A DNA stretch of 64,000 nucleotides from Lama glama (taxonomy: Eukaryota): NCBI GenBank assembly GCA_028534125.1, contig CM052818.1, forward strand, positions 16,122,001 to 16,186,000, in the 5' to 3' direction. Positions 25,391-39,390 of this stretch are shown one piece after another; the stretch's first letter is position 1, and each line of letters opens with the position of its first letter. A program made the translations under genes and the position numbers. The notes beneath the pieces are model-generated. The model ran no database searches and was not told where the DNA came from. It saw nothing but the letters and a program-made list of their open reading frames with translations.

Positions 25391-26282
25391 AAAATAAGAA
25401 TTTTTGCTCTCACTTTTCTTATGAGGAGGTCTGTATTGGTCAATCTATGGGCATTTTGTGTGCAGAAAGGATTAGTCCTTTTATTTCTAGGTGTTTCCTT
25501 TGCTTGAAATGAAGTGATCTACACCTAACAGAAATTTGGCTGTTTAAAGACAATCTATCATGTTTTCTCTAAAAGGCTTTTCTTTTGTCACATACCTTTT
25601 TTCCTTTGTCTCTAAGGTCAAAACAGTGTAGGAAACTAATATTGGTAATACTTAGGAATTATAAACTTGCTAGTCAAAAATAATACTGGTAAGCAGATTT
25701 TAGTGAAACAATGCTGACATCCAGTGACTACTTAAGCTAATGCAAAATCTGTAAATAACAGGATCTGAGATAAGAGTGTTGCTTTATTTAAAGGTCTAGT
25801 CAAGGTGAAATACTGCCATTATTTGTCTGACTGAGCAATATACCTAGGTCAGAAGCTAGGAAACACCTTGCATAGTCAATATTTCTGAAGTCTCTGGATT
25901 ATCATTGACTACTCTTCAATAAATGCCTATAAAATAATTGATGTTAACGTTAATGTGTCTAACTACATATTATGTATTTAAAGTTTTCCCATTATAGAAG
26001 TGGAATTAAAAAGATAGAAAAATAGGAATTCATTTTATGGAAATGGACACAATCCCCCTTTGAGAGAGAGAGATTAACATTTATATCATAACTATTATTA
26101 TATGTCATTAATATATTTTGTCAGTAAAATCCTATATACCATTAAAATGCCTGCTTTGTGTACTGAATATGGATTTACTCCTGCTAAACAAAATGTAAAA
26201 AATATACTAGCAAATATACTAATAAATATTTTAAATCAACAATAAATTTTTAAAACACTCAGTTGTGGTATACCCAATTCTC

Positions 26283-26423
26283 TTTCTTTTCTTTTTTTTT
26301 TTTTTGGTTTGGGGAGGGGATTAGATTTATTGATTTATTTATTTAAGTGAGGCACTGTGGATTGAACCCAGGACCTTGTGCATGCTAAGCATGCACTCTG
26401 CCACTGAGCTATAACCTCCCCCT
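26283..26423 (-). mobile_element. tRNA-Ala(AGC)-derived SINE (camelid vic-1-like)
   Basis: Minus strand reads ggggaggttatagctcagtggcagag (A box) tgcatgcttAGCatgcac aaggtcctgggttcaatcc (B box), then an AT-rich tail and poly(A). 10-bp TSD cccaattctc at 26273-26282 and 26424-26433. Confidence 0.9.
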
Positions 26424-29400
26424 CCCAATTCTCATAACTCATCTAGAGCTGACTTGATTCTTTTAAATACTTTTATTATAGCGAACTAAAGGTGTATTTT
26501 CTTAAACGCAACTTTTAGGTTGTTTTTAACTATTAATTTCTTTTTATGGGATCCAAAACACAATTTGTCTGAATCTACTCATTGGTTGGTTAAATACATA
26601 AAATACTTATTAACTGTAACAATGGCATTCTCAATTGATTAATGTGTTTTGGACACCTGCTATATGCCAGAAGATGTACAGAATACCCATAAAGAACCTT
26701 GACATTAATATTTGAAGTTAGTTCTATGCTTCCTTACATTTTCCTATTCAATTAAAAAAAAACACTGGTTCTTTTTTTTTTACTGTTCCTCTTCTTTCTT
26801 GCTGATGGCTATAAATCATTAAATCACTCCCTAATAACTTTTTAGAATGTCAACTCTTATCAGACACAGCTAGGATTCTTTAAATATTCCATTCATAGTG
26901 GCAGCATTACTTCTGATTTGAAAAAAAATGTTTTCCTTTTACAATTCAACTATTACTACAAATAAATGCTTTTATCTTTCAATTATCAATATTGACATCA
27001 CATTTTTGGGGGGCTGTGTGTATGTGCATATATATATATTTCATGCATATATATTATGTTGAGAAAAAATTCATAATTCATGCATTCCTTTTTTACTAGA
27101 AGCTTTTTACAAATAGGAATGAGTATTTAATCTTATTTAAATCTTGATGCATCCATGGAGATGATAATATGGAACTTATTGCTTGGCATAGTTATGATTA
27201 ATCTTATTAATAGATATTCTATTATTGAATCATACATGCACACATAGTTTAGTTTGCTTAGCTAGATTTTCATTTAGCTTTCTTAATGCAAAAAAGTGAG
27301 TCGTTAAAGATGTGGCCTAGAAAGTGTGGCAATTTCTTACAAAGCAGAACAAGATGGATTTTTAATAGGTGGTAGTCTGGCCCAATCTACAGGGAAACTG
27401 TCTAGTATGCTCTGTGCCATAACAGATTTTATTTCATGCTTAGGACATGTTTAAAGCCAAAACCTAGTAAGAAAATCTCTCTGCTTGAGTAAAATACTAC
27501 TTATCTTAACCAATGGAGTAGGGGGGAAATGACTAGAAAAAAAATTATCAGAACAAGCCCTGGAAAAGTCTTCATTACTCTTATGATGAAATATACTATT
27601 TATTTTGATTTTAAATCCAAATTTTACAGTCTAGAAAATGCAAAAGTTCAAGGTTTTTATAATACTTTCCTAAAATTTTGAAATGTTCTACAAATATTTG
27701 CCCTGTTCATCAGAGTTCCCCCTTTATCAATATATTTTCCCTAGATTCTATAAAGTTTATATATCACTTATTAAAAAGTGTCTAATCTTTATGTAGTCTG
27801 TAAGTCCCACATCTTCTCAACTCTGCATTTAGTCGTTATTTCTTTCTCATTGTTTTTTCCTCATGACTGACTTTACATTGAGTTATGCAATTCTGAATTA
27901 ACTGTAAAAAGTTAGTGAACAGTTGTCAGTATCTTATTCATCGAAAAATATAAGGATTTTTCACATTTTAAAGTTGTATCTACATATATATATATATATA
28001 TATAAAACTTTCAGTAGCATTTCTTTTTTTGACTGCCTGTTAGTACTAAAAAAGAGAGAGACATGTATAAACTCTTGTTAATTCTAAATATTTAAGTTAA
28101 CATTGTGAAGGAACTGGCAATTTTCTATAAATAAAAATGAGGTATTTTAGCAGTCATTTTAGTTGATTTGTCTTTATAAAATAATGTATTTAAATTATCA
28201 ACCATTGCAGTTTTGGAAGTTTTCAAATATATACACAATCTACATAGCACATTCTAAAGGATAGAAAGACTTTTTATATGTAATGTGGAAATAAGTCCTT
28301 AGTCAATAAAACAAAACATAGTGTTTCTTCCTTATTTCTTCTTATTATAAAGTACACAAAGACTCATTCTATGCCATTATTATTCACCTCTTCAGTACAG
28401 CTGAAAAGAATTCATGAAAATTAATGTTAAAAAAAGTTATCTTGATAATTAGAGTACGGATGAATAGAAGACAAAGACATCAACATAACTGCCTTATCCT
28501 CTATCCATTGTTATTCCCACGGTTTGACTGTGATACTGACTGGTTCTCAGTAGCCTACACTGCACATGGGGATAACAGACCTGAGGGTCAGGACATCCCA
28601 CTTTCATAATAATGGATTTGTCCAAGTGGCCAGCAGAGTGTCTAAAACTAGTAAATATTTAGTAAATATTAATGAATGAATAGATCATCCTCTTTAGAAC
28701 AATATTAAAAAGAAGAGTTTATTATGTTACTCAGAGAGTTTTGTGTGTTCTGGATTTTTTTTAAGCTGTTTTTCTGTAGATGCCTTGATTTCTGAAATGA
28801 TGACTTTCTAAAATAAGCACAATGTTTTCCACCAGTGTCTCCTTCACAGCAAGAAAAAGCACATTGTATCTGTGCAACAATAAGTGGGATAACCGAATAA
28901 CTTTTTTTTGACAAGAAGTAATTTTGTACTTACTAATGATACTACAGATAATAGAAAATAAATGATATAAATGAAATTCTTAATATTTATTTGCAATTTA
29001 TTATATAATTCACATACATGGGTACTGTAGAAAATATCCATGTTATATAATAAGTTAGATGGATTGTTTTTATGCTTAATATGATCTAATTTCCAATTAA
29101 CTTTTCATTACACATTTAATTATATCACAGATCATTTTAATTACTTAGGAGTAGTAACAGATTATCTAGTTTTCATGGTACTTCCCATAAAATTACCAAG
29201 TAAAGGGTTGTTCTCCTTTCCTTTCCTGATATAATTTGTCTTTAGTTATATACACTGAACGCTTTCTTGAACAGATCTCCTTTCTCAAATGTTACAGAAA
29301 ACATCTCTTGTCTTGACAATGGAAAATGCCCAAGATGCTGAGGTTCATCAGTGAAGTAATTTTGAAGATTAATCTCACTCTCTGTTAATATTAAGCTTGC

Positions 29401-30109
29401 CAATATTTCCACAAGTGCAATAGTATATAATTTAGGTAACTTCTAGAGCCAAAAGAAACCATGGAATTTAGAGTTTGACATGGCATTTTACTAAGAGAAC
29501 TCCTTGTCTGAATGGCAAACAGATGAAGCTGTTACTCTCTTGAGAGTAATTTGTATATTATCTAACATTCTCATGCTGAGAAAGCACAGGCAGCATTTCG
29601 AGTCAGAGGAGTTAAGCAATTTCTACACACAAACCCTTGAAACAGGCAAATATCTATTTTTCCCCTAAAACGAAACTTTAGACTTATATTTGGCTTGCAC
29701 CCAATCTATTTGTCAATAATAAAAGTTATTTGATTAAACACTGCCAAGCTACTGAAAAATAAAACTTATTCCTTAAATATTTATTTATAATAATATATTT
29801 TAATGTTTTAGTATATATAAACATATTTTGGTTTGAAGGTACCAGCAGAAAAAAATCAATATGAAAACCCTATAGGTCTTTAAAAACTATAAATGTTTAA
29901 TGAGCAACTGCTGCTTGGGCAAAACAAAGCTTTGGTTGTGCCCACTTATATAACTGAGTCATAGTCCCATAGATTCAGAAAATACATCTGATATCAAAAA
30001 CAGCCTCAGAGAGTCAGCCAACATGAAATCCAGAACTCAGAAACTGATGTAGTGTGATGGAAAGAATCTTAAGAAATTAAAGTAGTGGAAGATTCAATAT
30101 GATTAACGA

Positions 30110-30480
30110 TAATAAAGATAACATCATAATTGCTATTATTTGCTACGTATTTTTTATGTTTAAATGATCTTTCCAAAAGCTTCTCATTAACTCCTTTAAT
30201 GTCAAAAGTCTTATGAGGTTTATTTTCTTGAGTTTACAGAGGAAGGCTCGAAGCAGAAAGACGTTAAGATACTTGCCCAGGACCATGTAAATAGCAATTT
30301 CAGGATCCTGGATTCAATCTATGATAGAGTAGCTTAACTATTTCATTTCAACAGTTCTGCAACTAATAGTGGGAATCTTGCCCTTCAAAAGTAAGACTCT
30401 TGCATATTCTTGAAATGGTTACAATAATAATATAGACCTGACAGGTTTGTTTTCAGAATTAATAATGCTACTGATTATTT
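30110..30480. mobile_element. MIR fragments
   Basis: 'tttacagaggaaggctcgaagcagaaagacgttaagatacttgcccaggacc' and 'aataataatatagacctgacagg...agaattaa'. Confidence 0.55.
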
Positions 30481-30574
30481 TAAAATTTGTATATAGTACA
30501 AATGTTCACTCTTACCTTAATATATATGAATATGTATCAACCATGGATATGTGAGTGTTTGTCCTATTACTTAG

Positions 30575-30785
30575 ACTGGAGGTTAGCAAACTTTTTCTGT
30601 AAAAGTCTCTACAGTTTAAATTAAGGCTTAGTAGACCATAAAGTCTCTGTCTCAATTACTTCAACTCTAGCACTAAACAATCATAACATTATTTACACAA
30701 ATGAGTGACTGTGTTTCAATAAAACTTTATTTACAAAACAGACAAGACTAATTAAGCTCACACACCATAGTTTTCCAACTCCAGA
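30575..30785 (+). mobile_element. MER58A hAT MITE
   Basis: 'ggaggttagcaaactttttctgtaaaag...tgtgtttcaataaaactttatttacaaaacag...ccatagttttccaactcc'. Confidence 0.8.
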
Positions 30786-32329
30786 CTTAGATAAAATTAT
30801 TGGTTTAGACATGATAGAGGCAGAGATGTTATATTTAAGTCTTTACTCCATAACTGATATGCACTTGTGAAAGCACATTATATTGAATCCTACCTATGAT
30901 ATCTCCATTATAGCATCTCTTTTAGATAAAGAGAGCTGAATTCCAGTGTGGTAGCCTCTCAGCATAGTTTACTTATGGGTTTCTGATTATATGGTAACAA
31001 TCTCAACAACTCAAATGACAAATACGCACTATATTTCTACAGCCCCAAGTGAGCAAACAGGTTGACACCTGAATTAATAATTGGATGAACAAAAGCTACT
31101 TTCACATGTGCTTTCCATGTAGCTCTTCTAAATCGTACATAAGACAACTGGAAGATGGAGATTTTATACACAATGTCAAGAACCACTTTGGAAAATTTCT
31201 GGGGAAGTTTCTATTATATTTAACTGGCAGCTTGCTGCTGAGCAGATGATACTAATGCAGAAGGTGCTGCATAAATTTCTCATTAAAACAGAAACATGGA
31301 CTTTTTATGTGAGAGCAATTTAACTCCTTATGCCTGTTTCTGTAGTTTGCTTCCCACTGAATCGCAAATTGGAAAAAGAAACCTTATATGTATTTTTATT
31401 GTTATGAATGAAAATCTAAAATGATATGTTTGAGAAAACACACAGAGAACAAATACTGTTATGTTTTTACATGTAAGGATGATGGTCAATGAAAACAACA
31501 TTTAACTCTATCTTTTCTACCACCAAAACATAGATGTAATTTCAAATTTGCAGTTATGTTACAATACTCTTGAGTGATTTCACTTTCCATTAAGTTAATG
31601 GAAAATACAAATTTTGGACTTCTTCATTCTCAAATTCTCTTGCTTCCAATTTTACTAAGTTCCTATGTAAGCTAAATCACCTTCCTACCTCTCTGAAACA
31701 AATACTTCACATACATATGCACATACAAACCCACATGTTCACTGTAAAAAATGTGTATTTGCCCCAGCCTTGCTTGCTTTCCTGTGTTCCTTAAAAAGAG
31801 GAGCACCTCTTCTCAGGCAAAGCCAAATCTTCTTCCATCTCCTTTCTAGCCTTTTAATCCTGTCATGGCCTGATTCTCTTTTATTCTCTTCCTGAATCTT
31901 CAGTTTCTCAGGAATCCTTAGTCCCCTATTTCACTCAACTATTGTTCTCAGCCTGAAAAGCTCAAAATTCTACTAGGTCTTCTGCCTTAGACACTACACT
32001 GAGTCTTCTTTAGCCATTGTTTTAATTTTCTTCTTTTCTTCTCTGCTAAACATCCTAAAATAATAGTTCCCAATTCTTCACTACCTGTAAAATAAGGTAT
32101 CCTCTGGTCCTGCTCTTATTAAAATCTTATAAATCTATTACACAATTGCTTAGCTATTTCAGGACAATGGATCCTTTTAACAATCTCATGGAAGTTATGG
32201 GTTTTCTCCCTCAAAAATGCACATACATAGAGAATTCTTTATATAAGTTTAGGGTGGTCAGACCCTTTGAAGCTCTTCAATGATGAAGTGACATATTCAT
32301 CTTAACAAAGCATCCCTGCACTCCTTTCT

Positions 32330-33070
32330 CTAATCAATTTCCATAAATTCCAATCCTCCCTAATAGTTATGAATCTTCAATTCATAAATCCATCCTCATT
32401 CTACTCCATGACATCCAGATGTTCTGCTGGACATCTCTACATACATGTTGCATATTCAAAGAGTTCTTAATGATATTCCTGCAAACCTATCCTTTCCCTC
32501 ATTTCTTATCTTGATGAAATGCAGCATCACAGCCAAAAACTGGGGGGTGGGGGGTCATCCTTGCCACTTTCATCCTTTATATATGATCTACAGAGAAGTC
32601 ATTTTGACTATACTCTGAAATGTCTCAGATCTTCTTTATATTCTTTCTATGCATTGCTACAATTTCCAGATGTATCATTTCCAACCAGACAACCACAAGT
32701 CCTACAACTGACCATCATCATTACTTCCAACACCTCCATTCTAGAGTCACTCTCAACCAGTGTCTGTCAAGATACCCCATACACTATAAGTAACACATTG
32801 ATCTTAGCTTAGATGTAGAGGTAATTCAACTCCTTCCTTTATTTTCAGCTTAATGTCCTGTCAACCACTTATACTTAGACTGACTTCTTCTCATAGTGAA
32901 CTATTTGGGACACACACACAAAAGGTAAATTATAATTTCTAGACAATTTGGTTTTGCACACATGGCTGACTTCGATCAGAATTTTCTCTCTTCCCTTGAT
33001 CACCAAGACTCCTACTAAACCTTTAAAACTCAACTCAAGGATCAAAGTCTCAGGGACCCTTCCCCAAATC
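32330..33070 (+). mobile_element. Decayed LINE-2
   Basis: 'ctgctggacatctctac' and 'aaaactcaactcaaggatcaaagtctcagggacccttcc' are L2-like. Confidence 0.45.
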
Positions 33071-33329
33071 ACTGTTGTAGACTTTGTTGATACCCTTTAT
33101 CCAGCCTCAAGAAATCTTCAGTGAAGAAGCAGTAAAATAAAAAAAATTAAAAAAAAACAAATAAAATATTTAAGTTAAACATTTTATTATGGATGGTTAC
33201 TTTTTAGTTTTTCACATAATTGCAGAGGCTGATTTTTATATTCTTCTAGTTTTTCACATTTTTACCATTCTTGCATTAATTTCCCAAAGCATTTCTGCTT
33301 TAATTTTATGTTTAAATATTAATAACTTT

Positions 33330-33799
33330 TGTAGCCAAAGTGATGTACCCTTCCCCAAAGTGTTTACATCCTAATCCCCAGAACCTGTGATTATGACAAA
33401 GGGGAAGTAAGTTCAAAGATGGGATGAGGTTACTAATCGGCTGACCTTAAATTAGAGAGATTACCCTGTATGATCTGGGTGGGCATAATGTAATTATAAG
33501 GATCCTTAGGAGTGGAAGAGAGAGTCAAAGAGTAAGAGGAAGGTGTGACTTTGGAAGGATGGTCAGAGAGAAACAACATTACTGGTTTTGAAGATGGAGG
33601 GGGTTATGAGGCAAAGAATGAAGTGAAGCTGGAAAGGGCAAAGAAGTGAATTGCCCCTTAGAGCCTTTAGTAAGGAATACAGCCCTGCATTTTAACCTAG
33701 TGAAAGTCATGTTGGACTTACAATTTACAAAAATTAAGATAGTAAATATGTGTTGTTTTAGCCACTAGGTTTTGTGGTCATTTATTGAGAATAAATACA
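33330..33799 (+). mobile_element. MaLR LTR (MLT1D-like)
   Basis: 'catcctaatccccagaacctgtga...gagattaccctg...gggtgggc..aatgtaat...tttgaagatggag...tgtgttgttttagccactagg'. Confidence 0.85.
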
Positions 33800-35589
33800 A
33801 AAGCCTTTTCATATTTCTGACAGTTAAATCTCTATTACTAGAAATAAAAAATTGTGGGAAATACACCATTAGGAAAATTAGGGAAGAAAATAAACAAACT
33901 AAAGTTTGAAAAGCTAGAAAATAACAATCAAAAGTAAGCAAAAATAACCAGGAGATTTAGTTTTTAATAAAATGGATTAGTCTTTATAATGTATATATAA
34001 AGAATATACGAAAACAGTAAACTAAAACCAGAGATATCTTACAATTGTTAAAATAATTTCATCTGATACATTTTCACTAAATTTTATAAACAATTATTAA
34101 AAATAATTTTAAAAATTGATGTATTAGGTACAATGGATGAATTAATTAGTCATTTAGAAAAGTGATAACTATGAGTAAGGATTTTATGAGAATTAAACGA
34201 GATCTATATATTAGAGCAATGGTGTCAAACGCCCTCTGGGCTTACTATTAGGTTATCAGAATATTCTTGATGAGTCCTAAATTGATGTGAACAATACACA
34301 TTCTTTCTTTTGTACTAATGAGCAGATGAGGCAAAATGATGTTGTGCTTTCATTTTATATATGCCTAATGTCCTATTCCTAGTGGCCTACAAATTAAGTT
34401 TCAAGTTTTACTAAACTTTGGAACTCATCAAGTAAAATTAGAGCATATAGTGAGTGTATGAGAACTATGATTTAATATTCTCTAGAAAAGTGAAGTCTAT
34501 TTTCAAAATGTTTTCAATTGTAATTTTTATGGGTTTTTTTTTTCCCCTCTTCATCTTGCTTCAGAATTTAGCAAATATCCTAAGGGGAACAGTATGCATT
34601 TAAGCCTCCCAACTTCCTGCCCCCAAATCAGTGTTTTATCTGAGCCCCAAGAATGCACCTCCTGAGGTGTAGTCTTCTTTCTTCAAATGCCCTTGGGAAA
34701 ACGTGGTTTCAGAAGTCACTTTATTTCTCTTGTTTTATCCTCTGTCTGAAGGTCTTAACCTTTCAGTCCCTGTGTATCTCTTTGAAATTTCAAATAAATC
34801 ATTTCTGGTATTTTTAAAATTTTCTTACTGATATGATGGGACCGTTGGTGTGTAGTCATTCTACCTCACCTGCAAGCAGAAACTACTCTGATTTTTTTTT
34901 AAATTAATTATATCTGATGAAAGTTTCTCTGTGTCACTCTAAGTGGGTACTTCCACGATACTTAGGCAATACAGTTATATTTAGAAACAAGCATCATGTA
35001 TAGGCTACCTGCCATTTTAAAATATTATAGAAAAAATATTATAGAGTAAATGTAAGAAGATATAGATGGTCTGTTTTTAGAGCAGTTTTAAAAAGAATTA
35101 CTTATCACTTCATCCTGCTGCCCTGGCATTTCTTTTCACTGACATAATTGCATTTTATATTCTCTTTCAGTTAGAGGGGAAATGAGTATATGATTTGATT
35201 GGAGGCAACAGAAATATAAGAAGTTAGTTTCTGAGGTTCTTATTAATACAGAGAAATATAAAGTGCAGAAAATAATCCACAATCTCTGTACACAATACTA
35301 CTCATACAAAGTGAGAAAATCCACATAATAAAGTACATAATACAAAAATTTATCTCCCTCATCACCTCTTATTTTCTCCTATCCCCAGTCCTACTTTCTA
35401 AAGTTTACTAGTATTACCAGTTTTTGTAGTTTCTTACAAAAGAATAAAAACCAGAAAGAAAGCATCCATATCTATTTTAATTTTATGCAAAAGAGATAAT
35501 TAGATAAGTGTAATTACTTAATAAAATCATTTGTAGATATATTCATTTAGCAAATATTTTTGAGTATCTATCATGTTTCTCAATTGAGT

Positions 35590-35775
35590 TCCAACTTTGT
35601 CGTTGCCGGCTTATGATCCCTGTGTCTCAGTTTCTTCATATTTAAAATAGAAATAGGTATACCTACTTCATTGAGTTATTGTGAGAATTAAGTATGTTGC
35701 TACATGTAAAAGTACTTACAGTTTCTTGCCTGGTGCTCAATAAGTACTATATAAATGTTAACTCTTATTATTGTT
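35590..35775 (+). mobile_element. MIR SINE
   Basis: 'ctgtgtctcagtttcttcatatttaaaatagaaata...gagttattgtgagaattaa...aaagtactta'. Confidence 0.75.
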
Positions 35776-35865
35776 CTTAGTATTATTTTGTTTCAGGTAC
35801 TATTTTGGACACTGAGGATTTATTAGTGACAAGGCTGACAAACACCTCAATTAAAAAGGAGCCTA

Positions 35866-35975
35866 TGAAAATGAATATTGTATGCATATGCATGACTGAA
35901 CTATTATGCTGTACACCAGAATCTGACACAATATTGAAAACTGACTGTACTTCAATTAAAAAAGGTAAAAATAAA
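35866..35975 (+). mobile_element. Very short, relatively young L1 3' end
   Basis: 'gactgaactattatgctgtacaccagaa...actgtacttcaattaaaaaa'; degenerate TSD aaaaaggagccta / aaaaataagccta. Confidence 0.8.
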
Positions 35976-35989
35976 AATAAGCCTACATT

Positions 35990-36410
35990 CACATAGAGGA
36001 TGGGGTAGACAATAAATAAGTAAACTAATAAGTAAAACAATAATATTAGCTACTGATATGTACTGTGCAGATAATATGCAGTTGATATAATGAACTACGA
36101 CCAACTGAAGGGGGTTGGTAATCAAGCCAATTCTGGTACAGTGGTTGTGGAAGGTCTCTGAGATAATGGTATTTAAGCTGGGACATAAAAAGTGTGAGCT
36201 GAGCCTCATGAAGATGAGAGGAAATATATTTCAGGAAGAGGACACAGAGAGTAAAAAAAAAAATCTCTGATATAAGAATGAGTTTGATATTTCAAGTAAA
36301 AGAAAAATGTCAGTGAGGCTAAAAAGCTTGGGTGAGTGGGGCAAGAGAGAAGATATATAAAAAATGGGACAATGTCTGTTATTGGCCATAGTAATATATC
36401 AATTTGCCCT
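35990..36410 (-). mobile_element. LINE-2 fragment
   Basis: 'gaaggtctctgagataatggtatttaagctggga...aaaaatgtcagtgaggctaa...attggccatagtaa' resembles antisense L2. Confidence 0.55.
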
Positions 36411-36499
36411 CCTATTCTACACAACTATAAATTGGACAAACTTCTTGTAAGGCTCCATCCCATGTTCACCAAGGATGTCTGGTGAACATGGACTGAGAG

Positions 36500-38370
36500 C
36501 CCTTTCCTCAGTGCAGTGCAGGGTGGTGGAACCCAATCAGAGGAGCCATCTTACTAAGCTGAGAAGGTAAATATCATAGCTCAGGGATGCAGAAAACTGC
36601 AAAGTTCAAGAGGAGATAGCTGTGTAGGCAGGAGGGTGAGGAGAGATGGAGATGTGAACTAGGAATCTGCAAGTGAGATTCAATGACAGATATTTGGCAG
36701 AGAGCTAGGCTTCAGACACATTGGATAAGCTCCAAAAGATCAAGCAGAGAGCAGCTGCTTTGGAGCTGAGAGCAAAACATAGATACCAGAGGTCATGCAT
36801 TCCTGTGAAACTTTGGAGTTCTTGTCTATTAGGTGGAGATATCTTGCTGAGCCTATCAGGCATTCAGATAAGACAACAAAAGAAAGACCAGGAAACTGGG
36901 GAAAGGATTATAAGGACTATGCCCTAGAATAAGGTTTGGCAAATATTTTCTATAAAGGGACTACAGTAAACATTCTGTCATATTATTTTTCTTCTTCCCT
37001 TTATTTTTGCAATTCTTTCTCTATAAAATAACTCTTAGCTGTGAACAAAAACAGGACGTTGGATTCTGTCATATTGTTCTGGTTTGCCAATCTCTGTAAG
37101 TAGTGTAAGATCTACATTCTAAGGCTAAGAGTAAAAGTAAAATAAGTCCACCCTAATAAAGAATAAATTCAAGTCTAGATGATCAGAAAGATTCCAAAGT
37201 AATTTAACTGTTTATCAGAAAAAAATCAACATTCTTTAAAGCAAGATAAGATGCTTTATAATTGACTGGAATGCATTATCAACAAGACAGAGTATAAATT
37301 CAAAAACATGTATAAAAGCATAAAATGTGACCTTTAACCATAAAAATGAAGGCGCCATTAGAAACAGATGCCAAAATTACCCAGATGTTGAATTAGGAGA
37401 CAGGAATTTAAAATATCTATTTTAAGTACGTTCAAGGACTTAGAAAAAAGCATGGTCATATTGAGCGAACATATGGGGACTCTCAGCAGAGAAATGAAAG
37501 CTTTTTAAAAAGGAACCAAGCTGAAATTTAAGAACTAAATTATAAAATACAAGAAATGAAAAATTCACTAGATGAGCTTAACGTTGGGCTGGAGACACAG
37601 GAGGAAAGGGTCAGTGCCCTGGAAAACAGATCACTAAAATTATCTAATGGGAGCAACAGGGAAAATAGACCAAAAAATAAACACAGCCACACTGACAGGT
37701 AGGACATTATCAAGCAGTGGAACATGTAACTGGAGTCTCAGAAGAAGAAGAGAAATACAGAATGGGGCAAAAAAAAAAAAAATAGCTGAGGAACTTATGG
37801 ATTAAAAAAAATTCTCAATTTTAGTGGAAAAATATTTCAGCTTAGAGATGCATGTGCTTTAATGAAACTTAAACAGAATGAATACAAAGAAAAGCATGCC
37901 TAGGAATATCATTGTCAAGCTACTAAAGAGCAAAGATAAAGAAAAATGCTTAAAAAACAGCCAGGGAAGAAGGATATGCCACAAAGAGAGAAAAGATGCA
38001 AATGACAGTTGACTTTTTTCAAAAACAATGGAGGCCAAAATACAAGAGAATGCATCTTTCATTGGCATCTTCAAAAGGCCAAAGAAAGAACAAAAAAAGA
38101 TTTGTCAATCTATAATTCTATTTCTAGAGATGGTATCCTCAATAGGTAAAATCATTTTAAAGATTGAGATAAATAAAAGCTAAATTTTTTCAATGTCAAA
38201 AGATCTACACTATAAGATATACTAAAGGACATGCTTCAGAGTGAAAGCAATAAGAGAAAACAGGATCTACATGAAGGAATTAAGACCAGTGGACATAGAA
38301 AAATGTATGCTTAAACATGAACATATACTGTATTTTTCTCATTTTGATTTCTTTGAAAAACAACAAAATC
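36500..38370 (+). mobile_element. Old L1 5' region and ORF1 remnant, with a MER58-like insert (~36925-37100)
   Basis: A-rich; 'gaaatgaaaaattcactagatgagctta', 'aaagataaagaaaaatgcttaaaaacagccag' and 'tgtcaatctataattcta' are ORF1-like. Insert 'ggtttggcaaatattttctataaaggg...ggtttgccaatctctg'. Confidence 0.7.
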
Positions 38371-38799
38371 TTACTATGCTAGTTAAGTTAGAGTAAGTCC
38401 ACTAGAGCCTTTCTTTCCCACTGATAAAAATCTCAGCACAAAATAAAAGAGGAACTATCTGAGATTTTTGAAAAATTAGCAATAAGCAGGTGTATTGGGA
38501 AGGAAAGCTAAAACTTGAAGAACAATGTGTACAGAGGTGAGTTATCCATTTACTTTTATTTTTTTCAATATTTATGTGTAACACTGAGCTGAGGACAGGC
38601 ATCCTGACAGAGTTTCCATGAAAGAATGGTTAGATAAAACTCCAAAAGAAACCCTATTTTTCCAGCCAGAGGAACCTTTTCTGTAAATTGAAAAAGGTCA
38701 CAGGGGAATACATCTTTTGTGTATTTCATTTTTACATTTTTTTTGCTCTTAGCTTTCACCCAAAGTCAACTCTTTGCCCAAAGGTTCTCCAAAAATCAA

Positions 38800-39060
38800 T
38801 CTAACCTTCTACTTTAAGGAAATGGAATATAGAAAAGTAAATTAAACTCAAAGGAAGCAGAAAGAAGAAAATAATAAAGAGAACATATCAATGATATTGA
38901 AGATATAAAAGCAACTTAGAGAGCCTGTGAAATGAAAAACTGGTTTTCCAAGTAGACAGATAAGAAAAATGAGGTATAGGATACAAATTACCAATATAAG
39001 AAATGAAGAGACCCCAAATATTTTGAATGTATAATAAGGAAATATGACAAAAAGGTATGG
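38800..39060 (+). mobile_element. L1 ORF2 fragment
   Basis: 'aaactcaaaggaagcagaaagaagaaaataataaag...aaattaccaatataagaaatgaa'. Confidence 0.6.
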
Positions 39061-39246
39061 CTAGTTTTCTTAATTATAAATAAATGACAAATTAATCTCA
39101 TAATAAAGTTATAGTATGTATGTAGGATACATTTAGTAAAAATGTGACATTTGTATACCCCCCAGCAGTATGCACTTAAAGGTTATGAACAACAGGGACA
39201 AAATAATTCCAAATGTCATCTTTTTGTTTTTTTTTTAAATTTCTGG

Positions 39247-39390
39247 AGTAGCATTGCCCAATAGAACTTTCTGTCGTGGTATATATGTTATTTAATAAGC
39301 ACTGTCCAATATAGTAGTGGTAGCCTCTTGAGACTGTTGCATTTAAGAACTAGAATTTTAAGTTTTATATAATTTAAATTTTATATAATT
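39247..39390. mobile_element. MER3-like hAT MITE fragment
   Basis: 'gcattgcccaatagaactttctg...cactgtccaatatagtag'. Confidence 0.6.

Noticed and set aside
25711..25732. CTCF-like motif (tgctgacatccagtgac)
   Set aside because: Several core mismatches; cannot be supported without a PWM scan or ChIP data.
26345..26423. Functional tRNA-Ala gene
   Set aside because: Imperfect acceptor stem plus an AT-rich tail, poly(A) and TSD indicate a SINE.
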